Source: Diadema antillarum (lineage: Eukaryota). Taken from it: a DNA stretch of 64,000 nucleotides. Positions 1 to 14,248 of the stretch are shown here, one piece after another (position 1 is the first letter of the stretch; each line of letters begins with the position of its first letter). The notes beneath the pieces were generated by a model that saw only the letters and a program-made list of their open reading frames with translations, did no database searches and was not told where the DNA came from. A program made the position numbers and the translations under genes. Where the stretch lies: contig NW_027270954.1 of NCBI RefSeq assembly GCF_040938485.1, positions 496,001 to 560,000 on the forward strand, read 5' to 3'.

Positions 1-2187
1 GAACATATGATACATGTGAAAATTATTACCATATCAGATTTGTATAGACCTCATATTCATAACCATAAAACATGTGTACCTACAATACAACTATGGCAAG
101 CATGATGATGATTGCATGCATGGACATGGTCCATGGAAAGCCACCTGATAAGATTAATAACAAGGCACCGGCAGCTGACAGTTTATATCCAATATCACCC
201 CTAACTTTGTTGTAAGAAAAGACTTACCATGTCAGCGCAATAACAATTAGTGAGTTACGCATCAGTCAGGTCTAGCTAATTCAGACAGAAGTAAAAATAA
301 ACAGATAAAGGTTACCAGAAATTGGGCAGAAACTAGAATCTACAGACTCAGTACTGACGTGACACTGACATTACCTAGTAGTATAAAGTAAGTAGTTTGA
401 GTAATATACTAGAATAGTTAAATTTATTCAGTATTATCAATATCATTGGAACTTCAGTCTACCCTACAACTGTTCGCACTACTACTACTACTCTACTTTA
501 ATACTAGAGTACACAGTCAGTCTAGACAATCTAGTATCTACTAAACGACTGTAGAGTGTAGTGTTGTCACTGACACTGACCCACCACTGGTACTGTGACT
601 AGCTAGACAAGAATAAATCTACGTGTACACCTAGGCTCAAATTTACATAAATAGATAGTACTTTTTTTCATGTACAAAGCTGCTTGCCCCAACACACAAC
701 GTACAGAGTGTATAGCCCCAGGGCCTAAATTAGGCCTACTTGATCTTTTTTATTTTGCATCATTTTGGTAGTTGGTGGTAAACACGTGTATATGTCGACG
801 GCAAACACAAAATCCAGTGTCTGGGACTACCTTTGCTACTGCGCTCACAAGAAAGCCAACATACGACCGATCCGCCTAATTGTAACGTTACTTGGGGAAT
901 TAATTACTCGTTATTCTCATCATGGCTTGGTGTCAAACTTACCTGTTTCCAAATCCTTTTGTCAAGTGATTTGTGCAGTTTACAGCCGCACAATACGGCA
1001 TTTTAATGCCTCGTTCAGGGTCAGAAAAACACGGTGCAACATGCAGTCACGGTATGTGGATAGCGTCTGCTGGGATTTGCACGCAGAAAAGTTCCGCTAA
1101 GCAAAATGGCGGACGTCACGTGACAATGAGTCGAGCGACGGCGACAAAACGGGTGGCGAGTGATTCTTCTATGTGTAAGAGTTCTGTGGTCATGTCTCTT
1201 TGATCCTGCATTTTTTTTTTGAAAGCAGCGCCCCCAAAATACCTCTAGAAACAAAATGTACTCATTAAGATGCACATAATCAGGTGTCGGCGACGATCAT
1301 ATACATCAAAGAAAGACTGCAGTGAACAGTCCATGCATATTAGGTCCATGGTAGGGCCAGCCTCCGGCAAGCTTTGCAACTTTTGTGAATCATAAGCATG
1401 CATGATATCTTAATACATTACCTGTCTATTCATTATCAACAAAGAAATAAAAACAGCGAACATTTATGCAGGAGAGGAATATGAGCTTTTACGGATTCAT
1501 CATCTCTTCTGATTTGCCTTTGGCTGTTCATTATGACTTTGCTGGGAAATCATGAAAAAAAGCCCTGATTTCCAAACTTTCCATAATTTAATAAACATAC
1601 ATCGTTAACGTGTTTGGTTGATGTCATTATTCTACTTATCAAAAGTCATGTTGAACAAAGACTCGATTTTCCTGTAAATGAACTATAGGGACTATAATGC
1701 AAATGCATGTGGACTTTGCGTTGATTCATGATACCCTCGACGGCATGTGCAATGACCAAATGAATGTCTAAATACATGTCATATGTTTCATAATAGTCTT
1801 CTATTATTTTTCTTATACGCCCATAAAAAAAAACCCACTTCAAAACCAAGATCCTACCAGTGGCCTTAGTCAGACAAGTAGGTACTAATGATTAATGAAA
1901 GAAATTGGAATGCAGCTTTCCCTATTCATAGCCTAACTGTCATGCTTCCATGTTCAAAAGACATTGCAGTTGAACACCCAAGTTATGTCCACTATACTGT
2001 GAAGATGCATTCCAATGTCTTTTGTTAATCAAGTAGTTCCTGAATTTGGGAGCGTTGTGAATGTCAGGGAGGCTGAGAAAATAGAGGTACATTTATGTAC
2101 TGTATACAACAGTTTCATAATCAAAACGTCACTCTGTTATGGCGATCGCGTCTAAAATAACAGCTAATGCTATCCACTACTATACCC

Positions 2188-2218
<31 letters not shown>

Positions 2219-2913
2219 AGTGTTGGAGAAGGAGTGGAGTCTCTTCGCAATTTGTGCGAATAGCATATGGGTTCTATAGCAAGACAAACCCTAACGCTTA
2301 CCCTTAGCATTTCACTGGCTTTGATGTTCCATGCTCCACGCCGCTCTTCCATAGTGTTTGGATATGGAGACCAAAGAAGAGGTTCTTGATTTAAGGAATT
2401 TCGAACTGTATTTCAGAGGAAATTTTGAAATCTTGTATGCAACTTGGTGGTAATCGTGTATGGAATAATATTTTTTTTTCTTCTTCAAATCTCCTTGTTA
2501 TTAATACCTCCGGACTGAATATTAATATCTCATAAAAAGGGTAATATTTAACAATCTTGCGTATATTTAGTGCATAATATTGTTTGCCGGGTTTAACACT
2601 CATTTCTCAAATCTTTCGTATTTAGTATTTGGCAATTGCGTGTTTCTGCCGGTTTAGTCGCATTTTACAGTTAAAGAAGTACATATTTTACTACATTCCT
2701 TCGTGTGTCCTATATAGATTTATATTCTTTGCACATTGTACAATTGCTGCTGAAGATATTGGAGGGGCAGCGCATTGCTACTGGCTAGGTACAAGTATGT
2801 TGTATTTTAGGAATGATGCATACTTAAACAGAAGTGCTGTCTTAGGTGAAAGCAATTTATCAACACCTGCGGTAGAGTGCACAACTTCTCGGCGGCATGG
2901 AGCATGGGCAAAA

Positions 2914-4072
2914 TAGTCCATGGGCCAGGCCAGATATTGGTACCATCTGAGGTGGCAAAACCTTTTTGGTGTCATTTTGTTTGTCGGGCATAGATGTGCT
3001 TATCAAGCTATGATAGCATTTCCAAATGAGTAGCTTAGTCATAGTAAATGAATTTTTAACCAATTTGGTCTCGTTGTTATATCCCTATACTTCTCAATCG
3101 AAACTAACGCTATACAAAGAAGAGCACTGTCTTCCGTACGTTCCATAGAGCTGTAAAATGCAGCTCTATGGTATGTTCACAGGTGTTCTGTTGTAAACGC
3201 GGTGCCCTTAGTCTTTATTCAAGGCAGCGAAAGGAATATCCAAAGGTTATGATGTCCACAGCGCTTAGTCTTTATTCCAGACGGCGAAGGGAATATCCAA
3301 AGCGTATGATACAGTGTATATCCTTTTATCTAAAAACAACAACAACAACAACAAAAGCAATTCCTCGTGAATTTTTCCATATCTTTCAATTATTTATCAT
3401 TTTCCGGCAAAAACGCCACAGTGAAAACGCTGATACCACGCCAATGTCGCTTTATTTCCCTCCAACAATATAGATAATGCAAAAACAATGTACTGGTACA
3501 CTACGATACATTATAATGAATGATATTGTAAATGAACAGAGTGATTTTTGTTTAAAACTGATGTATTTGTTGATAGGGTAGTATAAAAACAGTATAGATA
3601 ATCCCTTTTATGAGGAACTTTAGATATGATAACGGTACATTGGTCTAGATAAAGACTAAGCGCACCGCGTGACAGCTGTGGACATCATAACCCTTTGGAT
3701 ATTCCCTTCGCTGCCTTGAATAAAGACTAAGCGCACCGCGTGACAGCTGTGGACATCATAACCCTTTGGATATTCCCTTCGCTGCCTTGAATAAAGACTA
3801 AGCGCACCGCGTTTACAACAGAACACCTGTGGACATACAGAAGGCAATGCTCTTCTTTGTATAGCGGTTTAGTTTCGATTCAGAAGTATAGGGATATAAA
3901 AACGAGACCAAATTGGTTAAAAATGCATTTATTATGACTAAGCTACTCATTTGGAAATGCTATCATAGCTTGATAAGCATATCTATGCCCGACAAACAAA
4001 CTGACACCAAAAAGGTTGTGCCACCTCAGATGGTACCAACAACCCATTTTTCGGGTCTTGGCCCATGGACTA
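2914..4072. mobile_element. Non-autonomous DNA transposon (MITE/foldback-like), copy 1
   Basis: Termini TAGTCCATGGGCC...GGCCCATGGACTA. Long imperfect inverted arms (~2914-3290 vs ~3660-4072) with internal 48-60 bp subrepeats. No coding capacity. A second copy lies at 47455-48545. The TSD is ambiguous (TA, or a 3-bp duplication). Confidence 0.75.
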
Positions 4073-6555
4073 AAAGAAAAGATTCTCGTTTCTTCTCCTC
4101 TGACACCCCCATGCTACTGTCAATGACGGGTAATCCCGGCTCGTAAAGTAATGCGTAATTTGCCAAAGCGGGTAACGTTTCTTTATTCAAATGAAGCCTT
4201 TCGACCGTCGAATATCATGCAAATAATGCATGTAAAGCTCAGGGCTGTTGCTCTGCTGTACAGGGATTCGCAGAGATACGCCGGAGCTGACTTTTATTTT
4301 GAACATGTCGACAAAAAAAAAAAAAAACCAACAACAACAACTACACCTGCTCCAGCTTATCTCTGCGAAACTAGCTACTGGAAATAAAGAACGTCAAACT
4401 TGGTTTATTGTTATGAGCCATTCTTAAGCATTAGCAACGGATTCGAACGCATCTCCATTTTTTAAATTCGTTTGGGCATTCGTTATCTCGATATGCCTTT
4501 AGAGAAGGAGCGAAATCTCTTCGCACTTTGTGCAATTTTTTCGTATATTCATTGCATGACAATTCTTGAATGCTTACAGACATTCCACTGTCTTTGACTG
4601 TGCTCTAAGCCGCTCTTTTACAGAGTTTGAATATATCACGGAGACCTCCGTTCAAAAGAAATGTGGAAATCCTGTGTGGGACTTGGGGGTAGTATGGCAG
4701 GGAACAAATCCCTTCAGTTTTTCTTCATAAAAAAATCGGTCAACTACTTTGCGCACAAAATGGCTTCGTTTGGGAAGTTTAGAACTTGAATATGAAATCT
4801 CTCTGATTATGAAATATAATTGGCTAAAGTAATTTATGTGTATACTTAAGTATCATGTTACAGTTAACAATCCGAAGTATGCCTAAATTTTTTTAACTGA
4901 TTTTTGTTCACGTGTCCTGTTCTCTATCCACATTGCTGCCGAAGGTATTGAAAGGGGCTTCGAACTGCAGCAGTTCGAAACAGCTGCTCTTTCGGTTTGT
5001 TGTGATTGAGGAACTATGCATATTTAAACAGGAACGCTGTGTTTCGTCGAAGCAAATCATCAACACCTGCGATAGATCTCATTAATTCTTCCCTGCATGG
5101 AGCGACATTCGTCAAATAGAACTTAAGATAGGGATTTTCAACTTTTCGTCGAGGCGGCATGCACACTGAAATTCAAAATGGCTGCCTTTCGATATGTTTG
5201 TCAGACATTTCAAATCCATCCGTCACATGAATTTGAAGTTAGCATGTCCAAAAGCCCTTGTGCATGAAATATTATTGCCACAAGTCATTTAGAAGCCAAG
5301 ACAAAAAAAATTTAAGCCCTAATTGTTTCTTCATGGCGGCCATGATATTGGAATTCAGGATGGGGGCCGACCCAGTGGTCATGTCTCTTGGATCCGGCAT
5401 TTTTTTTTCCCTTTAAATCAGCGCCCCCAAAATACCTCTAGAAACAAAATTTCATACTCTCCGCCGATGCAAGCATCTCGACCAATCTTTACAGCTACAT
5501 ATCTGCGCTACTACCAGTCTACATACCAACAGCATGCATGAATTCCTGAATCTATAATGCCTAACAAACATGCTATGTTTGGTACTTTTCCATACATAAA
5601 GAGTCTGCAATAAACATTTGAATCAAACACACCATTTCTAATTGTCCATTTTGCTACTCGTCCATTTATTTCCATTTGCTATTCGTCCATTTATACTACA
5701 GTGTATAAGGGTTTGGAATAAATCGTTCCACAGTATATAAGTGACTAATTACTGTACTTGCTTCGTTCAAAAAGCTAACGAATCAGCGATTCCGTTAGAT
5801 TTTCCATTACTCGGCCTAAACTGCACGTATATGGTATAACCCCCTGTCAGATAAACCCTTGCAATGTCGATTGTCATAAAAGATTCTATACGGAGAATAG
5901 ATTCTTTGATATCATGCGAAATCAATGCTCACTCTAATAAGTTTTTGGTTGCCAGTATGTGAGGCACTCGTATAGACCAATTCGGTTTGGGTACTGTTTT
6001 TCTGGTAATTTCTAACCGGGGGCTTCAAGTATGCCTGACAAAAGACAATTCATGCACTGACATTGCAACGCACCTGACTCATCTCATAACCCATTGAAAG
6101 TGCTTTTGTTCTTCTTTGGAAGCCCCCAGTTACGGCTGCCATTTAAGCTACAGTGCTCTGAAGTCAGATTTATCTATACCATTACCATGTGAGGCGGCTT
6201 GCCCTCGGGAGTGCTAACATCGCTATAAACTATCTGTTACGAATAATGTGATATTGTTAGGCAGAACAGTAAGGCCAAACAAGCAGATATTGGTAGAAGT
6301 TGAATCCAGAAATTAAAGAATGGAAAGCTTATGACTATCGAAGTTTATTGCATTTTCCAAAACTGCAGTGGCCGTCTCAAGCACATTGGTAATATGTGAC
6401 GAGGACGTTGTCATTGCCTCACAATTGATATTTGACTTGTTTGTTCATTTAAAAAAAAAAAATCTAATAAAAGTGTGGGTTTTTTTTTTCAATACGGACA
6501 GGGAGGTATCACCTCCCTGTCCATAATCACAAACAACATTGTAAAGCCGAATGCC

Positions 6556-7320
6556 CCGTCCTACTAATTGACGCAGACTGATGGAAACTGAGGCAAACTG
6601 AATCAAACTAATGCAAACTCAATGCAAACTACTAGTTAATGCAAACTAGCGCAAATTACTAATTAATGCAAACTAATACAAACCGTTAGCGGTGAAAATT
6701 AGGGAGAATTAAAGCACCTGGACCTGGCTCTTTGTAGGCCACTTAGTCGTCTCGAAACAGATATCGATCAAGTAAATCCATCCTATCAACGAATGACTAA
6801 CCTCACGTTTACTTCAAGCATCTCATCTCAACAGTCAACTAAAACGCGGAAAATCATTTGTATTGAAATATTAGGATATTTTTTGACCAAATACATGTCA
6901 CGGAGATTCTATTTTGCTTTTAAAATGTGGAAAATGTAGAACAGAATGATTGATGATTACTTTGAAGGTCGAAATACTGATTAAAGCAAACTCAGCACAA
7001 ATTCCCAAGACACAACGCTATCCTATGTGAAAACCACGTAATATCGTTTACAAATATCGAAAAATGACACCCCGAAATACTAATTAATGCAAACTCAACA
7101 CAAACTCCAAGACACAACGCTGTCCTATTGAAAACCACCTAAATCGATTCTAAATATCGGAAAATGACACCCCGAGGCCAAGGGACAACGTTATCCTATG
7201 TGAAACCTACCTAAATCGATTACAAAAATATCGGAAAATGACACCCCGAAATCTTAATTAATGCAAACTCCAAGACACAACGTTACCCTATGTAAAAACG
7301 ACCTCATTCGATTACGGAAA
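6556..7320 (+). repeat. Dispersed repeat with ATGCAAACT and GACACAACG...CCTATGTGAAA subrepeats
   Basis: Internal subrepeats are visible. Reverse-complement copies lie at ~12150-12440 and ~48975-49535. Boundaries are approximate. Confidence 0.65.
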
Positions 7321-9301
7321 AGAACACCCCAAAATATTTTTAAAATCTAGATATTTGACGACCTAGGTTTCACGGAAAGTTGGTACAATCAAGCATCAAA
7401 TCTCACTCTAGCAGAAGCAAAAGTTTAGTTAGCGCCAGATTAAATGAAAATTATAAGGAAGAGTGGCGCAGTGATGTATAGAAGACATTTTAATCCCCAA
7501 TGTTTGCACTATCGAATTTTCAAGCAGGAGCTTCATTTTAAGAAATACCTCCAACACTGGAATAATTCGCAGGGAAATTTTCATGCAAATTCCGTTGTGC
7601 TAATCACAAATTCCCGACAGTTTCTGGAAGATATTCAAATACTTTAAAATCAAAGATTGTGTGAATAAAAGTGGTGATGAATTCTATCTTTTCATTGCAG
7701 CCTCTGAATGAACAGCGAAAGAAATAGACCTGCTTAATAAGATAACACAGAAAAATACCCAAAACGAAGATGGATCATTTAATTGTGAAAAGTATGTTGC
7801 ATGATTGTGATGTGGGCATCGTAATATTGTGTTAATTTTATACGAAACACAAGCTGCACGATTTTTTTTTATTACGTATTCTATTCAAGAAAGTGCAATC
7901 TTTATTTGAGCAGGATTTTTTTTTTTCTCTGCAAGAATACAGTTCTTTACCACTCTAGTCTAGGGATTGATTCAACATTGTTTTAGGGGATTGTAAGGTC
8001 TAAAACCTGAATTGTATAAAGATATCATATTCTGGGAGGTGGGGAAGTCTCTTCCCACCTCCCCGGCATGTAGAAATGGCAGAGAGAATACTCATGACAA
8101 CATAGCAACAGCAATGTGCGGCAAAGCACACTGATGTGTGCGTCCACCCATGCATGCAGTCATTTTACACTTGCCAGACTGAGATAAAAACAAAGAAGGG
8201 GGGGGGGGGGGGGGGGGTCTCTGTCATGACAGAGCTAACCGTTGGTAATGCTGGGTATGGCAGTATAGGATTAAGATAACAGCTTCTCTTGTGTAAAATG
8301 AAAAGAGGGCAGTTCTTTCTAGTTAAACTAAGTTTTGTAGTTATAGATGACACATGTTCACGACTATATTTCGTCCTTTTCTTAGTTACTGCATAAGCCT
8401 TTTTTTTTTTACAGATTGTGACTTCTTTATCTGTAACGTGTCTTTTCACTCTCCCCCTCTTTCTCTTCATTTTTCTTCCTCTCTTTCTCTCGTCTCCATT
8501 TTTCCTTCATTCTTTGTTCACTTATCATATGCATATATTTGCGTACGTCTTTGGGTTTTTTATTTTCCCTTTTTGTTTTTCTTAACTATACGTGAATTTC
8601 ATTCTAAATTTGTACAGCTGTCATCAGTTTTGGGTCCTTCTCACTCTTAGGAATTCCCCTTCCCCTCTTTTTCTCTCCCACCGCCTCTCGCTCTCGTCAT
8701 ATTTTCCTTCTTTCTTTTTTTTTTTGTTCACGGGGTCGTGTATTATAATAGGCCTATATTACATATTACTGTACATTTTCTTGGTTCTTGTCATCAATCG
8801 TGATTCACTCTATGATTTACTTAATTATACTTATTTTTTATATTTTCAAAGTTACTTGCAACTCTGTTTGCATTATTGAATTGAAATATGACTTTACATT
8901 GGACTCCGATACCAAGAATATGGGTTATATAGTGAAGGAAATAAAATCTTAACTTTCCACTAATCACAGTACTGCAAACTTGTGAAAGGAAGGTGTCTAT
9001 CGATTAACAGGTTCTGAAATGGAAACTCCTTAGCGCAGTTGGTCGTAAAATGAATCTGTTTCCCCACAAATTACTGACAATTACTGTACCAAAACAATCA
9101 AAATCACATTGGCTATTGATAGTTGCCTCTGTATATTAGTACTTTTATCAATGTTTGTTCACAACATCAGGTTAAACAAAACCCCACATACAAAGAATAT
9201 TTATATACTAACCAATTTCAACTTTGACACATTGACAGTCTATCATTTATTTTAAGAGACAATTTAGGAACCAAATATCACAACAATGTTATGTTTGAAA
9301 T

Positions 9302-9802
9302 GAGTATATAAATATAAGAACGACCCAAGTCCATGGAAGATCATTTCGAGTAAACTAAAAAAAACTTCATATCTTTTTTATTTGTCCGATAATATTCTAC
9401 TTAACTGTGATGGGAAGGCAACATTGTATATACAAATTAGAACATATATTATTATGACAATTAACATTTACATTAATTGTGGAGAGGCCATTTAGTGTGG
9501 TGGACTTGGGTCGTTCTTTGATTCATATGGACTTGGGTCGTTCTTTGATTCATATACATGATATTCTGCTATAGAGATGGGAGAAGGATGAGAGAGGACG
9601 CTATTATATGAATGTAAGAATGACCCAAGTCCTTCATTCTTACATTAATATAAGATTTAACTCATTCATTTCAGGCACTTCCGGGGGTAATTAGGATTTA
9701 TCATTTACACACAAGATGAGTCCATGCATAAGCTACAATTTCCCATGTCAAACTAAATTTGGCCAAAAATTGGACTTGGGTCGTTCTTATATTCATATAC
9801 TC
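9302..9802. mobile_element. ~500-bp MITE, copy 1
   Basis: TIR GAGTATAT(A/G)AATATAAGAACGACCCAAGTCC. AAAT on both sides (9298-9301 and 9803-9806). A near-identical copy lies at 62979-63446. Confidence 0.75.
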
Positions 9803-10502
9803 AAATGTTAAATCCTTCTGTTCGATATCAGCTCCCCTCTCCATCTCTTCTTTCCCTTCTAATCTTAAGTTGTCTCATCTATTCCTTCTGTTTCGTATCC
9901 TTCCATCTCATTTTCTGTAATCATTGTGGGGCTTTAGTTTCAGTTTTTATAGTTATTGGCTTGTTTCTAAAGGTATGAATACTTTGCTGTTGTTGTTGTT
10001 GTTTGTGTAAATTACGGTTCTGTGATTTCGGGGGCCTATCTAATATACTGGCTGTGCTTTTGATTTAGACTCCTCCACTTAGGTTCTTCAACTAGTTATC
10101 TACGGTTTGTTGGAAGCGTGTATGTAATTTGAACATGTTTTGAGATTATTATGTTTTTTACATAAAAGATAGATTTTTCCTTTTTTTTCATAATCATTGT
10201 AACTCATTTTTCCTGTTCTTGTGAACACAAAGTGGAAATGAATTCCGATCAATTCAATCAAAGTAACGATGTGATTTTTTTTTTTTTTTTTTGGGGGGGG
10301 GGGGGGCAGGTAATACAAGCTGCAGAGGCTCCTTTGACTAAATAAATGCTCTTCTGTTGCAAAAGTTTCATGTGCTTTATAATTTTTTGTACGTCAAAAA
10401 AAATGGACAAAAATGCTATTGTATAATCATTGTAAGTCAATTATGTTTGTTTTTGTGCTAGCGAACACAAAGTGGAAATAATTTCAAATCGAATAGATTC
10501 AT

Positions 10503-10504
<2 letters not shown>

Positions 10505-10559
<55 letters not shown>

Positions 10560-10570
10560 TAATCAATCAA
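10505..10570 (+). repeat. (TCAA)n microsatellite
   Basis: Directly visible tandem tetranucleotide. Confidence 0.9.
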
Positions 10571-13296
10571 GCAATCTCCTAGACGGTGCATTTTGTTTTA
10601 CCTATTGTTGTGAACAAGCATTCATGAAAGTATTAACATAAAAATATAAGTCAATTATCAGTATTGATATTACCTATTATTCCATCGTTTCGGCACAGTA
10701 ATTGGCAGCAATTTGGAGGAATCAGATACAGTATTATAAAGAAAATCGATCTAATGCGCTCGGGAGTTTGCGTTAATCGATCGACACCTTCCTTTCATCA
10801 CGTGTTTGCGGGACTAGTCGAAAGTTGAAAGTTCATTTTACTCAACAACCCATATTCTGGCTATCGGAGTCCAATTTAAAATCATATTTCATGTTATTAC
10901 TTAAATAATACAGAGTTGCACGTAACTTTAAGGTTATACAAACAACTATGATAAAGTAGATAAGAGTGAAACACGATTGATGAAAAGAAACAAAGAAGAA
11001 TGTACAGAAACACCACGAAACACATGCTTTATATAAACGATATAGTGAACAAAAAAGGAAGGAAAATATGACGACAGATGAGAGAGAGGGAGAGAGAGAG
11101 AGGATAAACAAAGAGTAAGAGGAAACAGTAAGAAGGACACAAAGCTGATGACAAATTCCTTGGACAAATTAACGAAAGAAATATGAGTAACATAATAATT
11201 AAAAAAACAACAAAGAAAATTAAAAAAAACGTAAAAACGTACAAAAATATATTCATACGATGAATAAAGAATGTTAAATGTTTCTTAGGGGCAACATGTA
11301 TGGGTTCACATGTCTACGGGCAATAGTAAATAACTTCTGTGTCCCCTGACCCTCATTTTGGCTCCATTTATTTCATTTTTATTTTGTGTGACATATACAG
11401 TAGGCCTACAGTGCATTCCTGTGTAATGTTCATTCTGGTTTTGTTTCATGTTTGAAATGTTTATGATATGTATCCTATATTCTTTACTTGGTCGAATAAT
11501 TACACGAAATATGGACACAAGAGCTAGAAGAGAAAGGAAGAGAATGAGGGGAGAGTGGGATACATCTTGCAGATAAGGCACAGGTTGTAAAAAGGGTTAT
11601 GTAGGAATTAAGAAAAGGTCGAAAACATATTAGTCATCTAAACATATTTCCTTATTAACTTTAAAACTTGGTTTAACTAGGAAGGACTGCCATCTTTCCA
11701 CAATTGAATAATTGATCCACCTTCATTTTGGGTATTTCCTGTGATATCTGATTAAGTATTTCTTTCGCTGCTCATTTAATAGGCTGCAATGAAAATTTAA
11801 TCACCAATTTTATTCTTATTGCAATGGGTACAAAATCTTTAATTTCTAGGAATGTGATTATATCTTCCAGAAATAGTTGGCAATTTGGGATATGCCCGAC
11901 GGAATTTGCTTAAAAATTTCTCTGCGAATCATTGGAGTGTTGGAAGTATTTCTTAAAATAAAGATCCCGCTTGAAAATTCGAGAGTTCTAACATTGGGAA
12001 TTAAAATTTCCTCTACATCACTACCCCACTCTTGCTGAAAACTGTTATTCAGTCTGGGACTAATTAAATTTGCGCTTCTGCAAGAGTGAAAATTTGATAC
12101 AGGAAAATAATAGTGTTTTGGCAGTATGGTTTTACATGTCCTATATTATATAATATCGTGTTTGTTTGTTTTTTAATATCGAGGTGTTATTTTCCGATAT
12201 TTGTAATTGATGTAGGTAGTTTTTAGGTAGAAAACTTTTTGTTTTGGAATTTGCATTACTCAAGTGTTTCGATGTGTCATTTCCCGATACTTATAATCGA
12301 TTTAGGTTATTTCAACATTGGAAAACGTTATGAGTTTGCATTTGTACACCGGGTGTCATTTTCCGATATTTGTAATCGATATAGGTGATTTTCACATAGG
12401 ATAGCGTAGTATCTTCGGGTTTGCATTAATTAGTACTAGGTGTTACAAAAAACAAACAAACCATTTCCCACTCTTGATGCTTAATAGCTCGAAAACTATA
12501 TGTCAGATAAAACTGTCATTGATATGAGTAATAACTGAATAGTGTACATTTTAGTTGGAGGTGATTTGAATATGAAAACCTATATCAGTTTCATGAAATC
12601 CATGATTAATTTCAAAGTTAGGTTCCAGATTTTGGTCAAATTTTAACCCTCTGTACAAAACCTGAACTTTACACAGGAACTAATGACGTGTATATGAGTG
12701 TGTACATGCAATGACCCTGATCAATGGACCTGGATACCACCTGTTCAGAGCTCTGCTCCAAAGCACATTAATGCTTTATTAATTATTCATGATGGATTAC
12801 CTGGGCACTGCTAGTTTAAATTCCCAGCAAAGGGTGAAATGCATGCACATGAAAAAAGTAAGCACATGTTTCCATGTGCTTGCATACACCACATTTCAGA
12901 ATGAATAAAGACTAGCTGTGATAGTGGGATTTCTCATGAATAATGTAGCATTCAAATCCTGCTCATTGTCCAGGACCATTGATTGTCTGGGTGTCAACTA
13001 CACACTTCCATCAAGGAGGTTTAATACATTGGAGTTCCAACTGGCTGCAATTATTCAAACAGTTGTCAGATTTCTATTGATGTACAAAAGAATTCCACAG
13101 GTGCACTTGTGCCTTTGATGATCGATGTTCCAAGCCGCCGTCTTGCTGAGCAATCTGAAGATTCATTTTGAACGTTATCATGTTGGCCATATTTTGCTTA
13201 TTTATTTAATAAATGAAATGAAATTTTACGTAATGATAAAGCATGTAAAACAAAAGTCAATTCCGTCCAGAAATTTGCGCAAAAGTGTAAATCAGA

Positions 13297-13302
13297 GCTG
13301 TA
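13297..13302 (+). repeat. Left 6-bp TSD of Maverick A (GCTGTA)
   Basis: GCTGTA immediately precedes the AGTAGT terminus and recurs at 47181-47186. Confidence 0.95.
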
Positions 13303-13701
13303 AGTAGTATTAGGATGTCTCGGGTGCCATAACTTAATTCTATTGTTTAGGACAATAGAATATGAAATATGAATATGAATATGAATATGATAGATCGATG
13401 AGTTATGAAATATGAATATGGGATATATAAATATGAAATTATGAGTATGAATAAGATATAAAATCAAATTAAAAAATTAATCAAATAAATAACGTGATAG
13501 GAGAACTGGAAAATGAATGACGTCACTCATTTAAATATTCATAAGGACGTCAGGAGCTTTATTCATTTGCATAAATGACGTCATAGGTTGTTTTGAGAAG
13601 AGAAAACAATAAAGAAAAAAAGAAAGGTGTATAGTGAATAGAGGGTGAACGAGTTGGGGCATGAAAGTGACGTCATGACATAGAACGCTGCATGAAGGTG
13701 T
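13303..13701 (+). repeat. Left TIR of Maverick A
   Basis: Reverse complement of 46782-47180. One mismatch seen (TAGGATG vs TATGATG). ATATGA-rich tract, three perfect TGACGTCA sites and one ATTTGCAT. Confidence 0.95.
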
Positions 13702-13786
13702 ATGTCAGGAGGATGTATAAATTCTCGCAGTCGACCATACTTGTTATCACTTTGCAAAAGGTTGGTTTAGTCATAAGAGGTATATC

Positions 13787-14248
13787 ATGTCTCAGTCTGA
13801 CGTTGATCCTGATAGTGAATGTTGCAAGGAGTTTCAAAAAACTGCGGAGAAAGCAGACCTACTCATGCTGATAGAGTACCTTACGTTGGTGGAATTGTTC
13901 AAGGAACTGAACAAAACCCCATCGAGCTACATCGACCAGTTAGTGTCGGACGACCCACAACTGAAAGTTCGACAAGCGGCTACGTACTTGGACCCTCAGA
14001 AGGTAGCCAAGTATTATCCTCATGCAGCCAGGGTGATGTGGATGAATCCAAAACTGATGGATCCATGCATGTTTACGGAGTACATGAAATATCTGCTCAG
14101 GAACGAGACAGTGGAGGATCTGAAAGAGAGACGGGAAAAACTGGCTCGTCACCTCGAAGGACTGGACGCCGCTGTGCGCGTCGTGTACCGTGCTATGGGG
14201 GAGGAGAGCGACCTGTCAGACAGCGTCATGAAGACATCATCGCTTTAG
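13787..14248 (+). CDS. ORF1 of A: 153-aa helical protein of unknown function
   Basis: Homologous and equal in length to B ORF1 (DLLMLxEYLTL, RHxEGxxAAVRVVYRA). Confidence 0.8.
   Translation: MSQSDVDPDSECCKEFQKTAEKADLLMLIEYLTLVELFKELNKTPSSYIDQLVSDDPQLKVRQAATYLDPQKVAKYYPHAARVMWMNPKLMDPCMFTEYMKYLLRNETVEDLKERREKLARHLEGLDAAVRVVYRAMGEESDLSDSVMKTSSL

Noticed and set aside
228-277. Possible minus-strand exon ending ATG|GTAAGT
   Set aside because: The next candidate exon hits a stop in frame, so no supportable gene model.
765-1203. Short ORFs, including KSSVWDYL (weak BED-finger-like start), and a YY1/CRE/E-box-like cluster AAAATGGCGGACGTCACGTGAC near 1103-1124
   Set aside because: No complete CxxC/H pattern or transposase follows. 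The motif cluster suggests a promoter, but I could not attach it to a gene.
2860-4146. Recurrent MVKNSF/AF...KLLIWKCYHSLIS ORFs (also 47354-47614 and 48396-48578)
   Set aside because: By-products of MITE inverted arms with non-ATG starts and no domain.
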